Of a DNA stretch of 64,000 nucleotides, positions 1 to 10,695 are shown piece by piece. The stretch comes from Fimbriosthenelais zetlandica (Eukaryota). A program made the translations under genes and the position numbers. Position 1 is the first letter of the stretch; each line of letters begins with the position of its first letter. The stretch is taken from assembly GCA_977030845.1 (NCBI GenBank), contig OZ365110.1, positions 34,038,001 to 34,102,000 on the forward strand, in the 5' to 3' direction. The notes under the pieces are model-generated. The model searched no databases and was not told where the DNA came from. It saw only the letters and a list, made by a program, of their open reading frames with translations.

Positions 1-139
1 CTGGTCTATAATTGATGGCAATCTGAGACGAGTGCTTTCAATTTCATATAGCGACAAGAACCCATCAATTAAAGTTGGGGGGTTGAGAGTTCACTGGGAG
101 AGATTGGAAGTCCATGGGGTTCCATTCTTCCTCACTTAC

Positions 140-2967
140 TCTGATTTGCTCGCGATCTTTCCCTCAGGTTTTTTTCTCGTTTCTTTTTCCGTGCTAGCAG
201 CATTCTGCGGAGGGTGCCTGGGATGCCGGATCGGTTGTCGGCCATGTCGTAATGTTGTTGCCACGCGTTCTGCACCACGCCTGCGGCTGCGGCAGCCGCG
301 GCAGCTGCCACCGCGGCTTGATGTTGGTGGTTGTGGTAGAGGTTCTGCTGGACAGCCCAGTTACCTGCCACATCATCTTCTAACAGTATCTCGGGTTGGT
401 TATGGTTCAGGAACGCCGCCATGGCGAAGTGGGCGTCATTATTCTCTATATGATCATCACCCATACCTAACGCTTCATCCAGTACCTCCCACTCATTACC
501 ATTATCAGGTAATGCTGGGAAGGCAGCGGGTGGTGCTGGGGGTGCGGCTGGTGCTGGTGCAGGTGCAGCGTTATTCACACCGTTAGGATGAAGAGCTGCA
601 AGGATCTGGTGCTGAAGGCTGAGCACCTGCATGTGAATGTGAAGAGGTGAAGGAGCTCCCAGACTCTCCTCTAACTCCTCTTCATCTTCCTCCTCTTCCT
701 CCTCCTCTGCTTCTAACGCCATGGCATAATCTATCAACAGGGCTTCAGTTTACATCACAATGTCACCCCAGGCATTTATTACACCTCCAAAATTGACATC
801 CAAAACTAATATTTCCTTATTTTTAAAGCCTATCTAGAAATGTATCGGGCTTCAAATATTTAATAAGAAAAATTTATATTTTGATCAATTTTTTAAATGT
901 TCCGCGAGCCCCATGCGAGTTCAAATACACAATAAAGTTGACATTATGCAATATTTAAATGATAAGGTAGTGCGATATTTTCTATTATTACAAGACGTTA
1001 AATGGAATATAAAACTGAAAGCACTTTCTCATAAATCAACCAATATTATTTCTATTTTTTTTTTTTATAAAACACAGATCTAAAGATAAATATCAAAATA
1101 TCTATTTATATTTTTCAATTCTTTAATTTTTTAAGAGCAAAGACCAGCCTCACAAAGATCACTAGAGAAAAACTGCCCAAGTCCCCAAAACCCAGACCTC
1201 AAATATATTACAGGGTTCCCACTAAGTCGATTAAATGAGCTGGGTCAAAAATTCTCCTGCACTTTTCCTGACTATACTCTAAAATTTCCTGACTGTATGC
1301 TTATTAAAACTATGATTCTTTAGTTAACTGTAATTCCAAAAAGAAAAATGATGCCTAAATAATTTAAGTACATAATTATAGTATCGGGCAGAGGAAAGGG
1401 AACTATATTCTGTTTATATTCTGGACCTAGAGGACCTTCTTCGATATAGCACAAGAAAATATTTGGAAACTATTTAACTTATTGATTAATCATGTTGGTT
1501 TCTACAGATTTTTCCAAAATTTGCCCTACCTTCCCTAATCTTTCTAGAATTTCTACTTTTTCTGGACCCGCTTTGAGTGGGGACAGCAATGCAGGCTAGA
1601 CTTTTTCCTGACATGTGGGAACCCTGATATATATATCAATAAAGTTAGTATAATGATTTTAGGAGAATAAAGGGTTACTGAAGTCTGCTGGTACCTGTGT
1701 AGGAGCCATGTTTGGAGTACTTGGTGGCCATGTTACACTCAGCACCGTTATCTAGTAGTATCTGTAGACATGTGAGATGACCATTCTCAGCCGCTAAATG
1801 AACCGCGGTCACATCAAACCGATCACACGAGTCTAACGCAGCTGAAAAATAATAATTTATTATTAAATCGTTTAATAAATGTTGACAAATTAAGCCATTA
1901 TTATACACAATCACCCTACATGAATCGATTTACACAGGAATATATACACCGGTATTTGTAAATTTGGCAGCTGAAAAACAGTCAATTCAATTCAAATTGA
2001 TAAATGATCATAAATCATTTAAAAATCCATTCAAAGATTTTAGTCTAAAGATTCCCTATTGCCATTCGGATTCCAATTTCCAGTACCGGAAGGCTTAATA
2101 AATGGGATAACCATTGATATTGTGATAATCAAAACTCAGTACAAAGTTAGGGTACCAAAAAACCTGTTAATGGTGTAAAAACACCGATCAGATCATCTTT
2201 CAGTCGCAATCATGCATGTACATTAAGTGAGTATATAACCTATTACAGGGTCTACCGTTACGCCTACTTCCTTATTACACTAGCTTACTAATACTATAGT
2301 AGCTACTGGCTTGCATGATTTTAGTTTGGCAGTGTCGGATAATTTTAGAATATCTATTGCACAGGATCCTCAGAAGGATATTTTAATCTACACTATCCGT
2401 TATCAGAATAAGACACATGTTAATATTAGCATATATGAAGATAAATGAAGTGGGACAAAACAGTTTCTAATTATGGACACAGACATTTCATTTGAGACAC
2501 CTTTTGCAAAAATAGTGATAAACAAGGCTAATATTACTAATAAACAGTTCTGATCAATTAAAATCTAACAATTTTCACAGGTCCAGGTTCTTGAAGTATC
2601 CCATACGATTCCCTCTGGATCACTTCCATATGATAGGTATATAGTGATATCTAATTTTCAGTCCTTAACTGTTTAATACACAGAGGATTTAATGTAAAAT
2701 ATGATATTTTTACTCACCTCCTGAATCAATCAACAATTTCAGAACACTGGTTTGTCCTTTGCTGGCAGCACACAGGAGAGGCGTCATGTAATTTTGTGAT
2801 TTATAGAAAAGACTACGATTATAGTCGTCGGCATCCACCGAGGTTCCATCGTTAAGAAGTTGTTCTACCTCCTCCAGGTCTCCTGACAAAGCCGCATCCA
2901 CTAAAGCTTTCCCATTTTCGATCTCTTTTTGAGCTACCGTATGATTACGTTTGGCTTTGAACGCCAT
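140..2967 (-). CDS. Ankyrin-repeat protein with acidic/low-complexity tail; 3' end lies outside the window
   Basis: Exons 2967-2718, 1841-1695 and 730-140 are joined by GT-AG introns with matching phase 1 junctions. Ankyrin-like segments: ALVDAALSGDLEEVEQLLNDG, TPLLCAASKGQTSVLKLLIDSG, TAVHLAAENGHLTCLQILLDNGA. Exon 3 has poly-E, (AP)n and poly-A tracts and ends at a GTAAGT donor at 139. Confidence 0.8.
1211..1626. mobile_element. Non-autonomous DNA transposon (MITE), hAT-like CAGGG termini
   Basis: Perfect 12-bp TIR CAGGGTTCCCAC ... GTGGGAACCCTG. Flanks ATATATTA / ATATATAT resemble a degenerate 8-bp TSD. Confidence 0.7.
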
Positions 2968-3004
2968 GTTGGAAATGAACCACCAAGACGGAGGGCTTCC
3001 CCAG

Positions 3005-3023
3005 TGACGTCACTTTGACGTCA
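3005..3023. promoter_or_regulatory. Two CRE/ATF palindromes in a head-to-head promoter
   Basis: TGACGTCA at 3005-3012 and 3016-3023, within the 245 bp separating the divergent ATGs at 2967 (-) and 3213 (+). Confidence 0.55.
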
Positions 3024-3212
3024 ACACATTAAAACTCTACTATTCGAGCAAAATAAAACACTCTACATTCTTCAATATTCAAATTGTAAATACAAAACAA
3101 TAACGAAGGTGATTAATTCACTTTTACTCGTTTTTGCAGGTTTGGATTCAAAGGGAATCCCCACTTTGGGTGGAGCTCTTCAGCTGTTAGAAGGAGGGAG
3201 AAAAGGACAAAG

Positions 3213-6200
3213 ATGGCGGGTAAACGAGCTCCAAAGACTTACGTGAACTTAGTAAGTTGTCTATTTTTCGTATTGTTACATGATATATACACAAAGAAGT
3301 ATGTCTAACTGCATATTTGAGATCTGTGTTATTTGTTTACCCAAATCATAGTAATGACACCTTGTTTGAAGCTTGAAACTCAGTGAAAATGGTAATGCAA
3401 GGTGCCCTTTTTGCAATTTTGGGGCCTGCTACCATGCTGGCAGTGCTGTGCCTGTGGCTGTGCCAGGCTGTGGGCCTTACTGCCCTTACTTAGTCTTACT
3501 CTTAGGCTAATACTCATAGGGCTTAGGGGGCGACCATAGAATATTGAAAGGGTGGGGTGTTGGGGGCTAGAGTTTTTGTCTGGAAAATATTATTTATTTC
3601 ATAATAGAGATAGAATATGCCATTTATTTCCTAATATATATTTATTTCCACAATCCCTTGACCTTCTGATGTTCTGTCAATTTATTTATTTCATCCATAT
3701 TCTGATTAATTTAATATTTATTTATTTTAAATACAGCCCCCCCCCCCCCCCCAGCCTCAGTAGTTATGCACTTGCCAAAGATAATGTGATTTAGAACTTC
3801 TTTTTGTTGTTTTTGCAGAAATATAAATTTATCCGAGGTTTGATTAATGAGGAGAAATATGAGAGGAAGAAACACTGGATGAAGCATGCAGCCGAGTGGA
3901 CGTCCCGCGCTATCACCACCATGGATCTATCACAGGAGGTGGTGAAAAACGTGAGGCAAGCCACGGCATTAGATGGGGTAGGTGCACATGATCAGGGGAC
4001 GAGATAAGCGACCATTTTCACATGGCCACCGGGCCATTTGATCTCCAAACCAAATGGCCATTGTTAAAATCATATAGGCCGAAAAAGTGCGGTCTATGGT
4101 AATTATCCGAATTTTTAAATGGCAACCGGGCATTTGGTTGGAGAATCAAATGGCCAATCTTAAAATCGTATGGCCTCTGGCCACCGGGCCATCGGCTATT
4201 TCGACCCCTGATGTTAATTAATACTGCTAATTTATATGAGTCAAACTTACTCCTAAATATGTAAAATGTGTATGGTATTAATATTTTCCTGAGTTTACTT
4301 GTGAGACTTCGGCTTCGTATAGACTTACATACCGGCATTCTAAAAAGCTTATGTACAAGATTTATAACGTAGATATTTGATTATTTGTTTTAAATTTATA
4401 ATAAATGTTTATTTTATTTTAGATTGGAGATAAGGCTGGGTTGAAGCTGGGTCGAATATCGGTTGATAAGCGGTTCTCCTCTGACCCGCCCTCGCCGGGA
4501 ATGTTTGTCAGCTCGGCTAGCGCTCTCCTCGTAGCTCTCTACTTCCTTGACAGAGATGCGGAAAATACGGACATGTGAGTCGACCTTAATATTGTTCTTG
4601 AATTTAATATATTTTAAAATCTTTTAGTCTATAACTTGGTGTACGGTACTAAACTGTTTAATGATTCTGAGAAAGTGTTCACTTTATGGAGGTGGGATGT
4701 TCCCTAATCAGAGGGAGTTGTATACTCAAGAACCTGGCACTGATAAAAAGTGTTCACTATATGGAGGTGTTCACTAATGATCTGAAGGAGTCATATACGA
4801 CACCTCAAGAACTTGGGACTGTGAGAAAAAATTGAATTTAATCGTTCTTTTTTAGGCTTGATGGCAGTATGACTCTGATATCAGAGGACGAGCTAAAGCG
4901 ACTGGCGTCCGCCATCTGTGAGGAGAAGTTTGAGGAGACAAGTGAATCTAGTGGAGGTAACAATTAAAATCTTTCCATACCGGACATAGTTTTAAAAGCT
5001 CATACACATTTAAAACTGTTTAAAAATAAAATAATTGTTGCTCGATTTTCACCTATTTGGTTGTTATAAGTTTATTAATTATTAAACATGACATTTTTTG
5101 TTATTTTATTTGTTCAGTTTTCTGTAAGGCATGGTGGCGCCTCACTCTACTCGCCTCACGGGGTTATGTCAAAAAACGAACACGCAACAAAAAACCCGTG
5201 TACCAGTTGTTAGACGAGGGCAAGGAAATGGCTCAGGAACTTTTAGGTGAGAAACGGTTGATTTTCTATAAATTGTTTTTATCATCTATACACCCTTCCT
5301 AATCTTTCACTTTTCTGAAGTGCATGGTGTTCACTAATGAATATTTTACTGTAATAAGTGCAATGAAATTTGTCCAATTTATAATGATGGAATAACAGTG
5401 ATAGAGGTACATTGAATATGGTGATAGGAAAATATAAGAATGAAATTTTATAAATTTTAAAAGGCCTTCAAATATAGGATAAAAATGCCCTGAAAATGTG
5501 TTCAGACTATAATTTGAACCAGTATGTTAGAGAGGGTAAGAATATTGGCTTAAATATATAAGGGGATTTTATTTTTGAAACCCTGAAAATGCAGCTGACC
5601 GAAGCAGAATTTGAACCCATGCCCTTGATGTTACAGAGGGCCGTGGTTTAGACAAGCATAGTGTGCAGGATATACTCGCGGGTCAGCCCGTGGATCAGAA
5701 AGCCGTACAAGCTGCTCCCGAGATGACTGCAGCAGAGCAAGAGCACCTCTATACCAACCATGATGAAACAGATGGGTGAGTACCTAAAGCTACTCTATCA
5801 CTGATCACACTGCTACCAGCAGAGCAAGCGCACCTGTAAATTTACGAACCATGATGAAACGGAGGGGTGAGAGATTACTTAAAGGGACTCTATCACTGAA
5901 ATCTTTCTTGTAATATATCACTATCTGGCGATAGCCTTTCTAATCTATATCTAAAATACTTTGTACAAATAGAATTCCCCAAAACAAAAAGGTATAATTT
6001 CTATGGTTCATAATATCAGGGCTGTTGGTATTTTTAAAGCGAATCTTTCACTGAACATTTCCTTGTCACTACATGTAGGACTTCACTATATATCAATGGC
6101 CTTTTCTAAGATACTTTTTTCATGGAGATTTCCCGAAACCTAAGAGGCCATATATGATTTTTTATGGGACATATGAAGATAGTTGTATTTAAAGCGGCTA

Positions 6201-9022
6201 TGAACTGGTTTTATTGATGTTACAGTGTATTGATGTACGTGGATCTACAGGAAGGTGGGGGTCAGAATAAAGGTCTCAGTGGTATCTGTAGACAGATGCA
6301 GCGTATAGGCGTACGCTACGCTACGCGTCGGCTCGTTACGGGTGACTACAGCTGGGTGTGGGCGTACGGTGGCCAGAAGATAGAGCTACCAATACTGGTG
6401 GAACGAAAACGTGCAGGTAGGTGAAGACTACATTATTATACCCCCAACATGTTATTGATTTGTAATGTCGGGGTGGGGTCCTGGGTCCCCAAGCTGTCTC
6501 CAAATTTGCCTTTGAAGATTTTACTGTCTTTTAATTTTATTATGGATGAGCTTACCCTAATAAAAGATGCAATGTAGTGCAATTTATAGATTACTAACCA
6601 AGAGTTTTTATCTGATTTATCCAGGAGGTATAACCCCCCAACAAGATTATCACAAGGTCCTCGGGATCTAGCCCTGTCTTCCAGGGCCTTCCTGCATTTA
6701 ATACTTGTTGTTCTTTATTAAAAGCCTGGCCACATAAGTAAAAACATGCATAATTTTACAGATGATTTAGCGAAGAGTCTGGTAGATGGACGGTATCAGA
6801 GACAGAAGGAGAAGATGTTAACGTGGGCTAGTAAGTACGCTGAGATCGGCGTAGAGACCGTATTAACGTACCTAGTGGAAGGAGATCCCGCCGCGTACGT
6901 GGTACAATGTGCGGACGGCTGTGGTGGTGTGGGCAGGTGTGGGAACCCCAGCGTCCTACAGTTACAGGTAATTATTGTACAGAAAATAATAATTATTATA
7001 CAATACAGTAGACTCGCACTAATGTGATCACCTATAGGAGACTGCAATATAATAGTAGTATAATGTATGTCCTGTTGCTGCTTATTAAAGTGGCTGTTTT
7101 AAGCGGCTCTATCACTGATCTGTGACGAGTTAAAGCTTATCTATAACTGATATGTGATGAGTATTCAACTTCCCTCTTAAAGCGGCTCTATCACTGATTT
7201 AATCTATCACTTATTTGTGATGAGTATAACTTACCATTTAAAGCTGCTCTATCCCTGATCGGTGATGAGTATTAAACTTCCCACTTAAAGCTACCCTATC
7301 AAAATATAAATGATGTGGTCACTATAGTGAGGTGGTCGTTATGTTTACTATCTATATTCTCTCCTATAGTTGGTGATGAGGGAGCTGTCTGAGAGTTTAG
7401 ATTTCCGGCTGGTTGAGACGTCTAACATCATGGGTACAGTGGACTACCTGGTGTCTGTTACACAGGACCTACAGCGCAGGTATCTCACAACATCATATAC
7501 TTCACAGAAAATGTAGAATCTCAAAAATAGAATAGAATCTCTTCTAGAATCTTTCAGGGTTGAATCTTGGAATGTTGTTTTATTATTTCCAGACAAGAAT
7601 CTGTATTATTTTGTCATTTTCAGGGTAGAATCTGGTGATTTTGATGGTTTACTGAGCCTGGCTGAGAACCTGAAGGATGTACCTGACAATAACGCTACAC
7701 GATCCACTCCCACTAAAAAAACCGCCAAACGTTCTGGGTGAGTCAGCGAAAACAGTCTTTTATCTTTCTAAAAGTTTATCACACTTCGGTTCTTATTTTA
7801 ATCAGTATAACGAAAGAAAATTTGAATCAGAGCCATCAGGTCCTATGTGTGGCAGTTTTTTTTGTGTTTTTTTTGGTGGGGGGGGTGGGGGGGGGGGGGG
7901 GGGGTTTTGTGTGATATGAAAGTATATTATTTGTACCTTTGTCTAATCTTTATGTTCTATTCCAGAAAAAAATCCACCAAGGAGAATGATAAATATATTC
8001 CACCAGAGACCAAGGAGGATGTACGCAGACCGAACACAAAACAGACCCGGAAAAAATACATGTTAACAGAGCTAGCTGTGATGGAGGAAATAACAAGCTC
8101 TGAAGACGACCCAATAGTACTAGATACCACCCCAGATAGGCCCACCTCGAAAAAAAACAAAACATCTAAACATTCTGACACTTCCCGAGTTAAATCTAAA
8201 TCCTCAGGGAAAACGCTGAAAAATGGGGACGCACGGAAACCTTTTTCAGTGGAAAAATCAGAATTTTGGGAAGAAACCGATGAGAAATTCAAGACAAATT
8301 TTCAGGTTGTGTCTCCCGTTAAGAAGGTTAAGAGACGTGTGCACCATATAGACGAGGACTTGTTTGATCTACCGGAATTGGCAAACTTGGCGAATCAAAG
8401 TGAAAATAACAAAAATTGTGTCTCTCCATCTAAACGCCATCGCTGGGGGCCTGTTCCTCACCCCGCCACCTCTACGTCAAACGCTGATGACGTCATACTG
8501 ATAGATTCTCCCCCTAGTGACGTCAAACACGAAATAAAACCAAAGATCGGGATTTTCCCTTCCACTTCCGGTTATGGGAAACTGAAAAATGGAGATTTCA
8601 AAAGTGAAAGTGAAAGTAATGACACGTGGGATGACAGTGATGACGATATAGAGGAACTACCAACATTTGACTCTAATGTACGTCGGGGGAATAGTTTTAG
8701 TGATTCTCCCAAGTACAATCCAAGGAAATATGAAGAAAATGGGGGTTTGGATGATTTTCCAAAATATGATCCGAAAGATTTTGAAAGTCAAGAATATGAC
8801 GATTTGCCGGAGTATGCGGATGGGGGAGGGTTCAGATTGACAGAAGGAAGAAGTGAGGAGAAGGAGGTGGAGGGGACGGGAGAAGAGAAGTGGAAGGATG
8901 AATTAAAGCAGATTAGAGAGATCATTCCTGATGCTGATCTAGAGATCTCAGTCTCCTTACTTGAACATCACCTGGGTAAAGTGGAGAATGTCATATCAAC
9001 ATTCATAGATGAACTCTCATGA
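3213..9022 (+). CDS. MUS81: MUS81-family structure-specific endonuclease: N-terminal HhH-like, winged helix, ERCC4 nuclease, long disordered region, C-terminal CUE-like domain
   Basis: 11 exons in consistent phase: 3213-3251, 3819-3950, 4423-4574, 4856-4956, 5118-5246, 5637-5775, 6226-6416, 6762-6967, 7370-7479, 7624-7737, 7966-9022. ERCC4 motifs VDLQE, GDYSWV and LVERKRADDLAKSLVDGRYQRQK match MUS81 VDxxE, GDFxW and VERKRLDDLxxSIxDGRFxEQK. Orthologue versus paralogue status is not established. Confidence 0.85.
3993..4210. mobile_element. MITE in intron 2 of the MUS81-like gene; same family as 38284-38488
   Basis: TIR CAGGGGACGAGATA ... TATTTCGACCCCTG. The interior is the reverse complement of the copy at 38284-38488. 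Confidence 0.8.
4665..4830. repeat. Dispersed repeat fragment (GTGTTCACTATATGGAGGTG family)
   Basis: The same roughly 85-bp subunit occurs reversed inside the element at 22013-22296 and directly at about 35660-35800. Confidence 0.7.
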
Positions 9023-9552
9023 GAGGCAAACATTCACTGCCGGTATATTGTACAGTTCATATCGGTACAGTATTATGTAAATATTACATATCTTTAGTGG
9101 CAAATGAACTGACAACTCGGTGCTATACTTTTACTACTTTGTATTATTTTCACTTGATGGGAGAGAATTCCCACCTCAGGACCAAAGAAAAGGCATTTTA
9201 TAATTACAGTTTACAAGGATGTACATATTATAATATATGATTACAGCATAAATGATTACACTATTCGATATACCGATAATGTAGAATTTTAATTTGTGAA
9301 ATCCATGTCATTGGTTTCAGGTAAACCTGTGTTGTTATGGTCTTATTATCCAAGTCGGTATACATAATGTAAGATTGTCATGAAATGACTCTCTGGTATT
9401 TTTATTTCAAGACATATTGATTCTGTTTATTCACAGTCATAACATTTTAAATAAGTTTGTTCAAGCTGGGATTATCACAGTAAGTGGTAGTATTGTAATT
9501 TTTCCCTGTACATTTTTAGCTTCACTCTTGCTCTCTTACTGCCAATGCACTG

Positions 9553-9735
9553 GACTCTTAAAGTCTATGTTTGGCCTTCAAGTTTAAAGTCGATTTTGGG
9601 ACTCTAAGTTTAAAGTCTATGTTTATACTCTAAGCTTAAAATGTTTATACTCTAAGCTTGAAGTCTATGTTTGGACTCTAAACTTGAAGTCTATGTTTGG
9701 ACTCTAAGCTTAATATGTTTTAAGTTTATAGTCTA
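9553..9735. repeat. Minisatellite, about 26-bp unit (ACTCTAAGCTTGAAGTCTATGTTTGG), overlapping a stop codon
   Basis: About 6-7 degenerate copies. The rightmost copy includes the last codons and TAA of the minus-strand membrane-protein gene. Confidence 0.8.
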
Positions 9736-10695
9736 TGGTTGGGGTCTGGTTCGTCCATCCCTCCGTCTGTCTCATCTCGTTCTTGTCTTTTCGCCATTTT
9801 CTCCTTCAGTCGCTTTTCTTCCTGCCGTACTCTGTATTTAGAACAAAAATTATTTAAAGATATTTTTACGAAAACATCAACCCCAATATTTATCTTTCCA
9901 TTCCACATCATAGAATAAAGTACTTCCTTTGTTGCGGTGAGGAAAAAATCATTCCAAAAATAAAAACAATCCCAAGTAGTTATCCGTAATTTAGATACAG
10001 CTTTCTTTATGATACGGTAATGATTATCCTACCTACAGATTCCCACGACCACAGTCACCACGAAAACTAACCCAGCAAAAGCTGAAGTCACACCGATAAT
10101 AATATAGTCTGTGGTGTTAAAGCCCGTCTTTGGTCCATTTGTAGGCTCCTGGACGTTGGCATAAAGTTTTCTGAAATCATTAGATTGTCAAGTTTGTATT
10201 CTTTCATCAGATTAACCCACAGTGGTGTTCTTGCTGCCATGTTTAAAATCTGATTTGGCGTGTAGATCTGTCCAGGTAAAATAATTTGGTTTGCTTCGAT
10301 GTTATACAATTTAGCCTGAGAATTGGGTCACTGCATATGCATATGCACATGTCAATATAATTTCGTTTTGAGTGAGACCAATTTATATCTTGGCATGGTG
10401 TAATATACCAGGTATAATATTTTACTACTTCTGTTTGCTCTTCCATGACAGGCTATTTCAAATAAACTAGTATTATGACTGAAATATTCGAACCGTGGAT
10501 CTTTTACCTTTGCCTTAATGATACAATGTCTATAGTATACCTTACTAGAGTACCTAATATAGGAGACTCAATCGTAATTAATTTTACTTACGGTTTCTCT
10601 GGAGAACGTTCAGCCGTTACGAAACATAAACATTGTAATAAAAGGATAAAGATTATCCCAAAATGTTTCAAACTGGATACGAAAATGCCTTCCAT
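9726..10695 (-). CDS. Small single-pass type I membrane protein (115 aa), family unknown
   Basis: Exons 10695-10592, 10170-10033 and 9831-9726 have GT-AG introns with matching phase 2 junctions. Translation: MEGIFVSSLKHFGIIFILLLQCLCFVTA (signal peptide), ERSPEKPKLYANVQEPTNGPKTGFNTTDY, IIIGVTSAFAGLVFVVTVVVGIC (TM), RVRQEEKRLKEKMAKRQERDETDGGMDEPDPNHRL*. A probable 5'UTR exon has its donor at 11476. Confidence 0.75.

Noticed and set aside
32-586. 184-aa plus-strand ORF
   Set aside because: Antisense shadow of the GC-rich ankyrin-gene exon 3; no recognisable motifs.
5790-7200. Resemblance of CTCTATCACTGAT to the bacterial tet operator
   Set aside because: Only a half-site matches. It is always preceded by TTAAAG-type sequence and is better explained as a Kolobok-like transposon end.
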